A stretch of DNA of 64,000 nt from an uncultured Gemmatimonadales bacterium (lineage in GTDB: Bacteria; Gemmatimonadota; Gemmatimonadetes; Palauibacterales; Palauibacteraceae): NCBI GenBank assembly GCA_963783385.1, contig CAWANJ010000003.1:256001-320000 (forward strand), read 5' to 3'. Both the position numbers and the translations under genes were made by a program. This document shows positions 23,869 to 35,344 of this stretch, one piece after another (position 1 is the stretch's first letter; each line of letters opens with the position of its first letter). Under the pieces are notes generated by a model, which was not told where the DNA came from, did not search any database, and saw only the letters and a list, made by a program, of their open reading frames with translations.

Positions 23869-26313
23869 TCACTCGGCCCGCAGCGTAGCGGCCGGATCGA
23901 TCCGGCCGGCGCGTCTGGCCGGCAGCCAGCTGGCCGCGAGGACGGACGCGGCCAGGATCAGCGCCCCCGCCACGTAGGCGGCCGGATCGGTCGAGGTGAC
24001 GCCGTACAGCAGGTTGGACAGGAGCCGCGTCAGGGCGAGTGAGGTCACGATCCCGACCCCGATCCCGATCCCGGCCAGCACGGCCCCGCGGCCCACCACC
24101 AGGCGCATCACGTCGCCCGGCCGCGCGCCGAAGGCGATGCGGACGCCGAGCTCCCGGCCCCGCTGCGCGACCAGGAAGGAGACGACCGCGTACATTCCGC
24201 TCACCGCCAGCACGAGCGCGGTCACCCCGAACACCCCCAGGAGGAGGAAGGCGAACCGCCGGTCCGCCGTGCCGCTGCCCACCACCTGGGCCATCGTGCG
24301 GAAGGTGGGGGGCACCTGCGGGTCCACCTCTCGCAGCGCCTCCCGGGCGGCCGGGATCAGCGCGCGGGGATCCGTCCGCGTGTGGAGCGCGACGTGGAAC
24401 AGCCCCGCCCTCGCCGGCCTCTGTCGGTTGAGCGCGTACAGGATCGGCTGCGGCTGCCGGTCCATGGACTGCTCCCGGACGTCGCCCACCACGCCCACCA
24501 CCCGGAAGGGGCGCAGGTCGCCGTCCATGTTGCCGAACTGGATGAGCTTCCCGATCGGGTCCGCGTTCGGCCACCGCCGGGCGGCGAACGAGGCGCTCAC
24601 CACCGCGCTCGTCACGTCGGCGTCCGGAGCGTCCTGCCCCGAGAAGACGCGGCCCCGGCCGAGCGGGATCCCCATGGCTTCGAAGTAGCCGCGGCTGGCC
24701 ACGCAGAAGAGCGCGGTCCCCGAGCGCCCTGGGAGCCGGGCCAGCTTCTGGAGCCCCCGGGGCGTCGTGGCCTCGTCGGGGCGGGCCATCTCCAGGTAGG
24801 TGCCGTCGGCGCAGCCATCCTGGAGCGGGAGCCCGCTGATCCCGCCCGCCGCCTGGACGCCGGGGAGGGTCCTCAGCCGGGCGAGGAGCCGGTCCTCGAA
24901 GTCACGGACGCTGGCGGGGTCCTCCGGATGGACGGCGGCGACGTTCATGACGAGGACGTGGTCGGTCCGGAAACCGGTCGGCACCGACAGGAGGTGGAGG
25001 AGGCTCCGCGCCATGAGGGCGGCGCCCGCCAGGAGCACCAGCGTGAGCGCCGTCTGTCCGACCAGGAGCCCGTCCCGCACCAGCCGACCGGCCCCGGCGC
25101 CCGTCACGGTCCGCTGCCCGGCGGCCAGCGCGCCCCGCACGTCGGACCGGCAGCCCAGCGCCTCGACCAGCGCCAGCCCCAGGCCGGTGGCCAGCGACAC
25201 GGCCAGCGCGAACGCCAGGACCCTCCCGTCGACGGAGATCCCGCCCAACCGCGGCAGGTAGTCGGGGCTCAGCGCGAGGAGGGCCCGCGTGCCCGCCAGC
25301 GCCAGGAGCACGCCGACAGCGCCCGATGCCAGCCCCAGCACCGTCGACTCGGCCAGGAGCTGTCCCAGGATCCGTCCCAGGCCCGCCCCCAGCGCCCTCC
25401 GCACGGCGATCTCCCGCCGGCGGGCGGTCATCCGGGTCAGGAGGAGGTTGCCGACGTTGGAGACAGCGATGAGGAGGAGGAACGCCGCGGCGCCGAGGAG
25501 GACGAGGAGGGGCGTGCGTACGGCGCCGACCAGCGCCTGCCGAAGCGGCACCGCCGACAGGCCCACCAGGTCGACCTCCCCCCGGTTGGCCCGCACGATC
25601 CGGTGTGCGATCGCGTCCAGCTCGGCCCGGGCCTGGCCCCAGGTCACGCCGTCCGCGAGCCTCCCCACGACGCGCCAGTTGTGGGCGGTGCGGCTGGTCC
25701 CGTGCGCTTCCAGCCCGGCGGGGGTCCACAGCTCGGTCCCGGCCGGGTAGTCGAAGCCGCGGGGCATGACGCCGACCACCGAGTACAGCCGGCCGCCGGA
25801 GGAGAGCGTCCTCCCGTCGATCGGGCCGCCCGCCAGGGTGTGCTGCCAGAAGCTCCAGCTCACGACCACGGCCGGCGGGCCCCCCTCGCGCTCCTCCCCG
25901 GGGAGGAAGGTGCGCCCGCGGACGGGGTCCACGCCCATCACGCGGAAGAAGTCGCCCGAGATCATGTCGGCGGTGGCTCGGACGGGCTCGGTGCCGCCGG
26001 TCACGGAGACGGGGAAGGGGCCGGTCCTCTCCGCTAGCGCCTGGAAGCTCCGGCTCTGAGCCCGCAGGTCCAGGAAGTTCGGGTCGGCCAGGGCCATGCC
26101 GTGCCCGTCCCTGGCGGTCTCCTGCACCCAGGCGATGCGGTCCGGCCGGGGATAGGGCAGGGGGCGAAGGAGCACGCCGTCCACCACCGTGAAGATGGCG
26201 CTCGCGGCTCCGATCCCGAGGCCGAGGATGCCGATGGCCGAGAGGGCGAAGCCGGGACCGCGTCGCAGGCGGCGGATGGCGAGGCGAAGGTCCCGGTGGA
26301 TGGCTTCCAGCAT
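23869..26313 (-). CDS. ADOP-like ABC permease (member 8, intact)
   Basis: 814 aa, full duplicated architecture. Confidence 0.93.
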   Translation of the reverse strand: MLEAIHRDLRLAIRRLRRGPGFALSAIGILGLGIGAASAIFTVVDGVLLRPLPYPRPDRIAWVQETARDGHGMALADPNFLDLRAQSRSFQALAERTGPFPVSVTGGTEPVRATADMISGDFFRVMGVDPVRGRTFLPGEEREGGPPAVVVSWSFWQHTLAGGPIDGRTLSSGGRLYSVVGVMPRGFDYPAGTELWTPAGLEAHGTSRTAHNWRVVGRLADGVTWGQARAELDAIAHRIVRANRGEVDLVGLSAVPLRQALVGAVRTPLLVLLGAAAFLLLIAVSNVGNLLLTRMTARRREIAVRRALGAGLGRILGQLLAESTVLGLASGAVGVLLALAGTRALLALSPDYLPRLGGISVDGRVLAFALAVSLATGLGLALVEALGCRSDVRGALAAGQRTVTGAGAGRLVRDGLLVGQTALTLVLLAGAALMARSLLHLLSVPTGFRTDHVLVMNVAAVHPEDPASVRDFEDRLLARLRTLPGVQAAGGISGLPLQDGCADGTYLEMARPDEATTPRGLQKLARLPGRSGTALFCVASRGYFEAMGIPLGRGRVFSGQDAPDADVTSAVVSASFAARRWPNADPIGKLIQFGNMDGDLRPFRVVGVVGDVREQSMDRQPQPILYALNRQRPARAGLFHVALHTRTDPRALIPAAREALREVDPQVPPTFRTMAQVVGSGTADRRFAFLLLGVFGVTALVLAVSGMYAVVSFLVAQRGRELGVRIAFGARPGDVMRLVVGRGAVLAGIGIGVGIVTSLALTRLLSNLLYGVTSTDPAAYVAGALILAASVLAASWLPARRAGRIDPAATLRAE

Positions 26314-26316
26314 GCT

Positions 26317-28724
26317 CTAGTCCTCCCGAATGGCGACGAGGGGGTCGACGCGAGCGGCGCGCCGGGCGGGCAGCGCGCTGGCGGCTGCGGCGACCAGCAC
26401 GAGGACGAGGGACGAGCCGGCGAACACCCACGGGTCCAGCCGGCCGACGCCGAACAGGAGGGACTGCAGGATCCCGCCGGCGGCGGCCGCCGCGACAAGC
26501 CCGCGGCCGCTCCGCCCGCGACCAGGGCCAGGCTGCGGCCGACCACCAGCCGGATCACGGCGGCGGGGCCGGCGCCCAGCGCCACGCGGATCCCGATCTC
26601 CCGCACCCGCCGGCTCACCGTGTAGGCCACCACGCCGTAGATCCCGACGGCCGCGAGCAGTAGCGCCAGGGCCGCGAAGATCCCCAGAAGCGCCATCGAG
26701 AAGCGCCGCCCGGCCGTCGCGGAGGCGAGGAGGCTCTCCATGGAGGCCACGTCCTCGATCGGCTGGTCGGGGCGCAACGCCCAGATCGCCTTCCGGATGG
26801 GGCCGAGCACCGAGGCGTCGTCGTCGGTGCGAACGACCAGGGTCATGCCCCGACGGCTGCGCTGGTCGAACGGGACGTACAGGGCCGGCCCGGGGTCCTC
26901 CTCGAGGCTCGTCTGCCTGACGTCGTCCACCACTCCGACGATCTCGGCCGAGACCTTTCCGACGCGGATCTGCTGACCGACGGGAAGCTCGTCCCCCCAG
27001 TATTTCCGGGCTGCGCTCCGGGAGAGGATGACCACCGGCGGCACGTCGGGCGCATCCGCTCTGGTCGAAGTCCCGCCCGTCGAGGAGCGGGATCCCCATG
27101 GTGCGGAAGTAGCCGGGGCTCACCATGCGGAGATTCGCCTGCGGCTCCTGGCCTTCCGGTGCGGGCGGACGCCCGGGGATCGAGAACGTCAGGGTCTCGC
27201 CTCCGAACGTGTTCGGACCCAGGGGAAGGGGCCGGACCATGGCCGCGGACCGCACGCCGGGCACGTCGCGCACGTCCCGCAGCGCCTGCTGGAGGAACTC
27301 CCTGTAGTCGTCGCCGTCCGCGTGGACCCCGAGCGTGAGGAGCCCACGGGCCCGAAAGCCCGGGTCCACGGAGCGGACGGCGGCGTAGCTCCGCACCAGG
27401 AGGCCGGCTCCCACCGCGAGCAAGGCCACGAGCGCGACCTCCCCGAACAGGAGGGCGCCCCGTAGCCGGCTGGACCGCGGACCCGTCGACCCTCCGCGGC
27501 CGCCTTCGGCCAGGGCGGCCGCGGGGTCGGCCCGGGAGGCGCGGAGCGCGGGGAGGAGTCCCGACAGGAGCGCGGTCGCCGCCGAGACGGCGGCCGCGAA
27601 GGCCAGCACCCGCCAGTCCAGCGTCACCTGGCCAAGGCGGGGGATGCCGGCGGGGGCGAGGGCGACGATGGCGCGCGTGCCCCATGCCCCGAGCGCGAGT
27701 CCGACTCCGCCTCCCGCCACGGACAGCACGGCGCTCTCGGTGAGGAGCTGGCGCACCACCGCGGCCCGTGAGGCCCCGAGGGCGGCACGAACGCCGAGCT
27801 CGCGCCCGCGGTCCTCCGAGCGTGCCAGGGCCAGTCCCGCCACGTTCACGCAGCCGATGAGGAGGACGAGCGCCACGGCGCCGAAGATGGCCAGCATGGC
27901 CGGCCGCACGCCCCCGACGATCTGGTCGCGGAGCGGTTGCACCGAGACCGCCGTGAGGTCCCGGTCCGCGTCCGGATAGGCCCGGGCCAGGCGGCCGGCG
28001 ATCGCGTCCATTTCCTGCCGCGCCGAGGCCGGCGTGGCGTCCGGGGCCAGGCGGCCGACCACGCTCAGGAAGCGCACCTGCCTCAGCCGCGGGATGCCGG
28101 ACTCCGGGATCACGGAGAGGGGGACCCAGGCGTCGATTCCGGAGCTCGGGTACGAGAAGCCGCGGGGCATGACTCCGGCCACCCGCCACGCCTGGCCGCT
28201 CAGGGTCACCGTTCGACCGACGAGGCACCCGCGTCGCCCCCGTACAGGCCGTTGCCAGGCCCCGAAGCCAAGCACGATCACGTGATTCGTCTCCGCTGCG
28301 CTCGTGGTCCGCGGGCCGGAGCGCGCGTCCGCGGGCCGCGGGCACACCGAGCGTCTCGAAGAAGCCCGGCGTCACGTACTCGGTCTCGAGCTCGGAGGGC
28401 GTCCCGTCGCGCGTCGTGACCAGCCCGGCGATGTGGATGGCGGGCCAGGCTCCGATCGACTCCACCGTGCGACTCTGGGCGCGCCAATCCTCGAGGTCGG
28501 GCTCCGATGCCGATCCCACGGGTGATCGTTCTGGGCCGGGTAGGCGCTCCACAGGCGCACCAGCCGGCCGGCGTCGCGTAGGGGAGGGGCCGGAGGAGGA
28601 CCGCGTCCACGACCGAGAACATTGCCGTGTTGGCCCCGATCCCGAGCGCCAGCGTGGCCACCACGATGGCGGCGTAGCCGGGGTGCCGGCGGATCTGGCG
28701 GAGGGCGTAGCGGAGGTCATTCAT
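26317..28724 (-). CDS. ADOP-like ABC permease (member 7, several frameshifts)
   Basis: [16 protein letters not shown] in ORF 28278..28724; core in 26317..28347 and 26034..27044; ends [13 protein letters not shown]. Confidence 0.88.
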
Positions 28725-30363
28725 GGCGGAGCGCCTCCATGGGGTCGAGCCGGACCGCCCGGCGGGCCGGGATCCAGGTGGCGAGGGCGGCGGCGGCCGC
28801 CAGCACGAGAGCGGCGGCGGCGAGGCTGAGCGGATCGACCGGAGCCACGCCGAACAGGAGCCCCCGGACCAGCCGCGACAGGAGGACGGCGCCGGCCAGG
28901 CCGATCCCGATCCCGGCGCCGACCAGCCGCACGCTGGAGCGCGCGATCGGGACGGCGACGTCGCGGCGGCCGGCCCCGAGGGCGAGCCGCAGGCCGATCT
29001 CCCGGGTGCGGCTGGAGACGCCCTGGGCGATCACGCCGTACAGTCCGAGCGCGCCGAGCAGGAGCGCCACCGCCGCAAACACGCCCGCCAGGGCGAGGAG
29101 CACGCGCTGCCGCCCCAGGGAGGCGCTCACCACGCGATCCATCGTCACCACGCGAGCCAGCGGCAGGCGCGCGTCCACCGCGTGGACCGCCTGGCGCACG
29201 GGGCCCGCGAAGCCGGCGGGATGGCCCTTCGTCCGCACGGCCAGGGTCAGCGACCGCACCACGCTGCCCCCGTTCCAGAAGCGGAACTGGGCCTGTGACA
29301 GGTACATCTGGCTCGTGCGCGGCGCGGCCAGGCTCTCGTGGCGCACGTCGTCCGCCACGCCGACCATGGTGACCGTGCCGGGCCCCGCTCCGCCGCCGAG
29401 CACGAAGCGGGCGCCGAGGGGGTCCTGGCCGGGCCAGTAGCGCTCGGCCATGGTCCGGTCGATGACCACGGCGCCGGGCGCGTCGGCGACGTCCCGCCCG
29501 TCGAGCGCCCGGCCGCGCACCACGGTCATGCCCATGGCCGCGAAGTAGCCCGGGGTGACGACCTGCCAGTCCGCCTTCGGCGACACGGCCCCCTTCGGCA
29601 CGGGCCGCCCCTCGATGCGGAAGTTCAGGTCCCCGAGGCTCGAGCCCAGGGGGAGGTTGGACACGGCCCCCACCGCCTCGACGCCGGGAATCGCCGCCAC
29701 GCGGCGGCGCAGGGCCTCGAACGTGCCGATGACCCCCGGCTCGGTCGGATAGTCGGCCGGCGACAGCGTCAGCCGCCCGGTGAGCCGCAGGAAGTGGCTG
29801 CCGCGGTTCGTGACGTCCGCCGGATCCAGCGGCAGTGGAAGCACGGCTTCCGTGGCCTCGCCCACGCTCGGGTCGGACCCGAAGCGCTGCGCCCAGAGGC
29901 CGTGACTGATCAGCGCCACGTCGCGGTGCTCCTTCTGTTCGTCCGCGCCGTACGTCCGGCCCAGCTCGGGACGCACGCCCAGGGCCGGAAACAGGTCGGC
30001 CGTCGCGTACGCCACCCGTAGCCGGACCGGGCTCCCCGAGCCCACCAGGTTGGCGGCGTCGGTGGCGTACGCCCCCAGCGCGCTGAACGCACTTCCCACC
30101 GCGGCCCGGTAGTCCAGGTACTCGGCCGGCGAGACGTCCGCGCGCGGCGTGCCCTTCCAGGCGCTCGACACGGTCAGCACACGGTCCTGGCCGGGATAGG
30201 GCAGGGGCCGCAGCAGCGAGGCGTCAACCACGCTGAAGATGGCCGTGGTCGCTCCGATCCCCAGCGCCAGCGTGGCCACCACCAGGGCCGCGAAGCCGGG
30301 GCCGTGGCGGATCTGCCGAAGCGCGAAGCGCAGGTCCTGGCGAGCGCCGTCCAGCATAGTCAT
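28717..30363 (-). CDS. Internally deleted ADOP-like permease (member 6, 548 aa, single FtsX domain)
   Basis: Starts [15 protein letters not shown]. In-frame jumps at GSDPSVG|EATE and FLRLTGRL|TLSPADYP remove the first FtsX TM block. Confidence 0.82.
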   Translation of the reverse strand: MTMLDGARQDLRFALRQIRHGPGFAALVVATLALGIGATTAIFSVVDASLLRPLPYPGQDRVLTVSSAWKGTPRADVSPAEYLDYRAAVGSAFSALGAYATDAANLVGSGSPVRLRVAYATADLFPALGVRPELGRTYGADEQKEHRDVALISHGLWAQRFGSDPSVGEATEAVLPLPLDPADVTNRGSHFLRLTGRLTLSPADYPTEPGVIGTFEALRRRVAAIPGVEAVGAVSNLPLGSSLGDLNFRIEGRPVPKGAVSPKADWQVVTPGYFAAMGMTVVRGRALDGRDVADAPGAVVIDRTMAERYWPGQDPLGARFVLGGGAGPGTVTMVGVADDVRHESLAAPRTSQMYLSQAQFRFWNGGSVVRSLTLAVRTKGHPAGFAGPVRQAVHAVDARLPLARVVTMDRVVSASLGRQRVLLALAGVFAAVALLLGALGLYGVIAQGVSSRTREIGLRLALGAGRRDVAVPIARSSVRLVGAGIGIGLAGAVLLSRLVRGLLFGVAPVDPLSLAAAALVLAAAAALATWIPARRAVRLDPMEALRHE

Positions 30364-32808
30364 TCCTCCCGGAGCACGGTGGCCGGCTCGAGCCGGGCGG
30401 CCCGCCGGGCGGGGAGGGCACAGGCGAGCATGGCCACGAGCGCAAAGCCGAGACGCCACGACGACGTACGTCAGGGGATCGAGGGCCCCGACCCCGTACA
30501 GGAGGCTGCCGAGCGCCCGACTCGCGGCCACCGAGACGGCCAGCCCACCGGCGAGTCCGGCGCCCACCGGGAGGAGTCCCTGCCGGAGGACGAGCCCGAC
30601 CACCTGCCCGGCGTGCGCCCCCATGGCCATCCGGACCGCGACCTCGCGGTCCCGCTGGCGGACGTAGTAGGCCATGACGCCGTACAGGCCGATGGCCGCC
30701 AGTAGCGTGGCGAGGACCGCGAACGAGACGAGCACGGTCATGAGGAAGCGTGGCTCGGCCCGTGCACTGGAGACCACGTGGTCCAGGGAGGCGATGCGCG
30801 CGAGCGGGACGCGCGGATCCAGATCGTGCATCACGCCGCGCACCGGCCCCACGAGGGCGCCGGGGTCGCCGGAGGTCCGCACGAGTACGCTCAGGCTGCG
30901 CATGGGGCCGCGAAGCACCGTGCCGGACTGTGCCTCGGGGATGTACCAGGTCGGGTGGGCGGACCCGGTGAGCGTGTTGTAGCTAACGCTACCGACCACC
31001 CCGATCACGGTCATCCATGGGGCGTCGTCTCCGGCGTGGATGCGGATCCGGTGCCCGAGCGGGCTCTCGCCCGGCCAGAAGCGTTCCGCGAACGCCCGGT
31101 CGATCATGATGGCGCCGGGGGCCCGCGGATCGTCCGTGGCGCGGAAAGTCCGGCCGGAAACGACCGGGATCCCGGCCGCCCGGAAGTAGCCCGGCGTGGC
31201 CACCTGCCAGTCGGCCGTGAAGGAACGACCCCTGGGGGGCTGCCGCCCCTCGATGTCGAAGTTCCAGTCACCGATGGACCCGCTGAGCGGCAGGGCCCGC
31301 ACGGCGCCGGCGTCCTGCACGCCGGGAATGCGCCGCAGGCGCTCCAGGAGACGGGCGTAGAACCCGTTCACGTCGGCGTCGTCCGGGAACTCGGCCGAGG
31401 GGAGAGAGATGCTGTAGCTCAGGACGCCCGCCGAGCGCACCCCGGGGTCCACGGCCGTGAGGCCCCAGAAGCTCCGCACCAGGAGCCCGGCTCCCACGAG
31501 CAGGACCAGGGCGAGCATGGCCTGCAGGCCGACCAGCACGCGCCGGAAGCGCAGTCGGGGGCCCCTCCCCATGGCGCCTCGGCCGCCTTCCCGAAGCCGG
31601 CCGGCCAGCCCGTCCCGACCCAGGTGGAGGAGCGGCGCGAAGGCGAAGAACAGGGCGCAGCCGGCCGTGACGAGCGCGGTCACGGCGAGCACGGGAAGGT
31701 CGAGGCGCACGTCGCCCAGGCGTGGCACGCTGCCCCCTCCGAGCCCGGCGAGCAGCCGGAGGGCCGAGAGCGCCACGCCGATTCCGAGCGCCCCGCCTCC
31801 GACGGCCAGGAGGCCTCCTTCCACGAACAGCTGTCGGGCCAGCGCCGCGCGTCCGGCTCCGAGGGCCGAGCGCACCGCGAACTCACGGCGGCGGGCCTCG
31901 AGGCGGGCGAGCAGGAGATTGGCGATGTTCACGCACGCGATGAGGAGGACGAAGCCCACCGCGCCGAGGAGCACCCACAGCGCCGCCCTCACGGACCCGA
32001 CCACCTGGTCCAGCACCGGGAGCGCGAAGGGCTCGAAGTGCATCTGGGGCGGGTAGGCACCGGTCTCCGCGTGGATGCGCCCGACGATCGTGCGGAGCTC
32101 GGCCGTCACCGAAGCGGTCGTGGCGCCCGGGGCCAGCCTCCCGACACCGTACAGGTAGTGGCTGCCGCGGGTGAGATTGGCCGGGTCGAGCACGAGGGGC
32201 ACGAACATCTCCGCGGGTCGCTGCGAGCCGAACTGCAAGGGCAGCCGGACGCCGGGCGGGAGGATGCCGACCACCGTGCGGGGCGCCCCGTCCACCACGA
32301 TCCTCCGGCCCAGGACCGAGGGATCCGCCCCGTACCGGCGGCGCCACAGCTCGTCCGCGAGGATCACGACATCGCTCGGTCCGCCCGGCCGACCTTCCTC
32401 CTCTCGGAAGGTCCGACCCCTCTCGGCCGAGACGCCCAGGACGTCGAAGACCCCGGGCGTCACGTCCGCGGCCGCCACCCGCTCGGCCCCCTGCTCACCC
32501 TCCAGGTTGGCGGCATCGGGGCTGAAGGCGGCCACGGAGGTCAGACCCTTCGCCTTGCGGTAGTCGAACAGCTCGGCCGGCGAGATCCACGTGCGCTCGT
32601 AGCCGGTCCAGCGGTTCCAGACCATCACCACGCGGTCGGGATGCCCGTAGGGGAGGGGGCGAAGGAGCACGCCGCGCACCACGCTGAAGATGGCCGTCGT
32701 GGCCCCGATCCCGAGCGCCAGGGTGACGAGAGCCACGGCGGCGAAGCCGGGGCTCCGGCGGAGCTGGCGAAGCGCGTAGCGCAGGTCCTGCTTCAGGGCG
32801 TCCAGCAT
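30360..32808 (-). CDS. ADOP-like ABC permease (member 5, one frameshift near 30450)
   Basis: [16 protein letters not shown]; its own C-terminus [16 protein letters not shown] ends at TGA 30362-30360 in another frame. Confidence 0.9.
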
Positions 32809-32810
32809 GC

Positions 32811-32921
32811 TCACTCCTCCGGCGACGGGCACATGGGCTCGGTCCCCGCGGCCGGCCGGGCCGGCGCACGGAAGATCGCGAGGTTGCGGCGAGCGCGGGC
32901 CGACCGTCCGACGGCTGTCAC
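32811..32921 (-). pseudogene. Collapsed permease relic / bridging mini-ORF (36 aa)
   Basis: [36 protein letters not shown] resembles the family tail PARRAARxDPMxALREE*; GTGA overlaps at both ends. Confidence 0.55.
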
Positions 32922-35344
32922 TCCGACCTCAGCGCCCGGACCGGATCGACCCGGGCGGCGCGCCGGGCCGGAATCCAGGTGGCGGCGGCGGCCACGGAGG
33001 CCAGGACGACCGCGGCGGCGGCCACGGTCGCCGGGTCCGTGGGCCTCAGGCCGTACAGGAGGCTGGAGAGCAGCCGCGACGAGACCAGCGTGCCGGCGAG
33101 GCCTATGGCGATCCCGGCCCCGACGGGAAGGAGCCCATCGCCGAGCGCTCGCCTGAGGATCCGGCCCGGCGTGGCGCCCAGAGCCATGCGGACCCCGAAC
33201 TCCCCGTGGCGCCCTCCCACCTGGTAGGCCATCACGCCGTAGACGCCCACAGCACCCAGGGCCAGGGCCAGGAGCGCGAAGAACGCGAGCACGCCCGCGA
33301 AGAAGCGCTCACGGGCCAGTGAGTCGGTCAGCACGTCCCCCATCAGCCGCGTCCGCGCCACCGGGACGTCGGGGGCCACGTCGTGCAGGGAGCGCGTCAT
33401 GGGCCCGATGAGGGCCGTCGGATCCCCCTCGGTCTTCAGGAAGACGTCCATGCCGGCGAGCGGGTACTGGGCCAGGGGTCGGTACATCTCCGGCCGGGGC
33501 GCCTCGCGCAGAGACCGCTGGTGGACATCGCCGACGACCCCGACCACCCGGAAGGGCTCCGAGCCGAACAGCTTGATCTCCTTGCCGACCGCGCTCTCGC
33601 CGGGCCACAGCTGTCGGGCCATCGTCGCATTGACGAGACCGACCGGGGCCCCGTCCTCGCGGTCGTCTGGACCCAGGAGGCGGCCCGCGACAAGCGGGAT
33701 GCCGAGCGTCCGGAAGTAGCCCGGCGTGACCACGCGGAAGTTGGCGCTGGGCAGCGGCGCGCCCTGCGGTGGCGGGTGGCCCTCCGCCAGGTACGGGAAG
33801 GCCCAGTTCCCGTCGGTGAGGGGCAGGAGCTGGATCGCTCCCACGCTCTCCACGCCGGGGAGGGCGCCGAGGCGGGCCTGGAGCTCCGAGTAGAGGGCGC
33901 GCGCCCGGCCACCGCCGCCTCCTTCGTAGGCATGGCTGGGGGGCTCGAGGCGGAGGTCCAGCACGTGATGCACGTCGAGGCCCGGGTCGACCGACCTGAG
34001 GGCGCGCAGGCTTCCGAGGAGCAGGCCGGCGCCCGTCACCACCACGAGGGCGAGCGCGACCTCGGCGGCGACGAGGACACGTCCGAGTCGGCGGCCGGAT
34101 CGGCTCCCCTCCGAGCGCCGCCCCTCACCGATTCCGGCCCGGATGGCGCCCGAGCTGGCCCGGAGCGCCGGGAGCAGGCCGAAGCCGACCGCGCATGCCA
34201 ATGAGACGCCGACCGCGAACGCGAGAACCCCGGGGTCGAGGGGAAGGGAGCCGGCCCGGGGCAGTCCCGAGATTCGAGACACCCTCAGCGCGGCGAGGAT
34301 CAGCCGGGCCAGACCGATCCCGGCCGCGCAACCCGCGAGGGATAGTACGAGGCTCTCCACGAGCTGGTCGCGGACCAGGCGGCTCCGGCCGGCCCCGAGG
34401 GCGGTCCGCACGGCCAGCTCCCGTTGGCGATGCTCGCCCCGGGCCAGCAGGAGGTTGGCCAGGTTCGCGCACAGCAGGAGGAGCACGAGCCCGACCGCGC
34501 CGAGCAGGGTCCACAGCGGCCGGCTCACGTCGCCGACCATGGACGCGAGCACGCCGGTCGCGCTCGCGGCGCGGACCGCGTCCCGGTCGATGACCTCCGG
34601 GAACCGGTCGTGCAGCCTCTCCATCGTGGCGCGGACCTCGGTCGCCACGCCATCCACGGTGGCGCCGGGCCGCATGCGGCCGACGATCGTGTTGACGTAC
34701 CACGTGCTGTCCGTGGCCACCGTCCGTCCGGGAGGCGCGTCGAGCGGCGCCCACGCCTGGAAATCGGAGCCATCCAGGGCGGCCGGGCCGTGAAAGCCAC
34801 GCGGCATCACGCCGACGACCGTCCGGAAAGCGTGGCCGTTGCCGTCGAGCGCCAGCCGACGCCCGACAATGGACGGGTCGCCCCCGAACCGGCTCTGCCA
34901 CAGCGACCAGCTCAGGATCACGACGTCCGAGCGGTCCCGATTCCGGTCGGCGGGCCGGAACGCACGGCCCAGGAGCGGCTGCACCCCGAACACTGGGAAG
35001 AAGCCGGCGTCGACCATCTGGGTGGGGATGGCCGCGGGCTCGCCCGCGCCGGTCAGGGTCAGGGTCCAGCCCGACAGGCCCGTCCACGCCTCGATGTCCG
35101 GGGCGCTCTCGGACACTTCCGTCGCCAGCGCGATGTTGGCGTTCTCTCCCGGCAGGAGCTCGACGAGCCGGTCCGGATGTGGGTACGGGAGCGGCCGGAG
35201 GAGGACGGCGTTCACGACCGTGAACATCGCCACCGACGCACCGACCCCGAGTGCGAGCGTGAAGATCACCGATAACGTGAAGCCGGGGCTGCGCGTCAGT
35301 CGTCGCAGGGTGTGGCGAAGGTCCCGGCGGAGAGCGTCACTCAT
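32918..35344 (-). CDS. ADOP-like ABC permease (member 4, intact)
   Basis: 808 aa, [16 protein letters not shown]...[13 protein letters not shown]. Confidence 0.93.
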   Translation of the reverse strand: MSDALRRDLRHTLRRLTRSPGFTLSVIFTLALGVGASVAMFTVVNAVLLRPLPYPHPDRLVELLPGENANIALATEVSESAPDIEAWTGLSGWTLTLTGAGEPAAIPTQMVDAGFFPVFGVQPLLGRAFRPADRNRDRSDVVILSWSLWQSRFGGDPSIVGRRLALDGNGHAFRTVVGVMPRGFHGPAALDGSDFQAWAPLDAPPGRTVATDSTWYVNTIVGRMRPGATVDGVATEVRATMERLHDRFPEVIDRDAVRAASATGVLASMVGDVSRPLWTLLGAVGLVLLLLCANLANLLLARGEHRQRELAVRTALGAGRSRLVRDQLVESLVLSLAGCAAGIGLARLILAALRVSRISGLPRAGSLPLDPGVLAFAVGVSLACAVGFGLLPALRASSGAIRAGIGEGRRSEGSRSGRRLGRVLVAAEVALALVVVTGAGLLLGSLRALRSVDPGLDVHHVLDLRLEPPSHAYEGGGGGRARALYSELQARLGALPGVESVGAIQLLPLTDGNWAFPYLAEGHPPPQGAPLPSANFRVVTPGYFRTLGIPLVAGRLLGPDDREDGAPVGLVNATMARQLWPGESAVGKEIKLFGSEPFRVVGVVGDVHQRSLREAPRPEMYRPLAQYPLAGMDVFLKTEGDPTALIGPMTRSLHDVAPDVPVARTRLMGDVLTDSLARERFFAGVLAFFALLALALGAVGVYGVMAYQVGGRHGEFGVRMALGATPGRILRRALGDGLLPVGAGIAIGLAGTLVSSRLLSSLLYGLRPTDPATVAAAAVVLASVAAAATWIPARRAARVDPVRALRSE

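Noticed and set aside
28717-32832. 1371-aa fused giant permease in the ORF track
   Set aside because: Member 5 has its own C-terminus and stop ([10 protein letters not shown], 30360) in another frame. The fusion comes from one frameshift near 30450.
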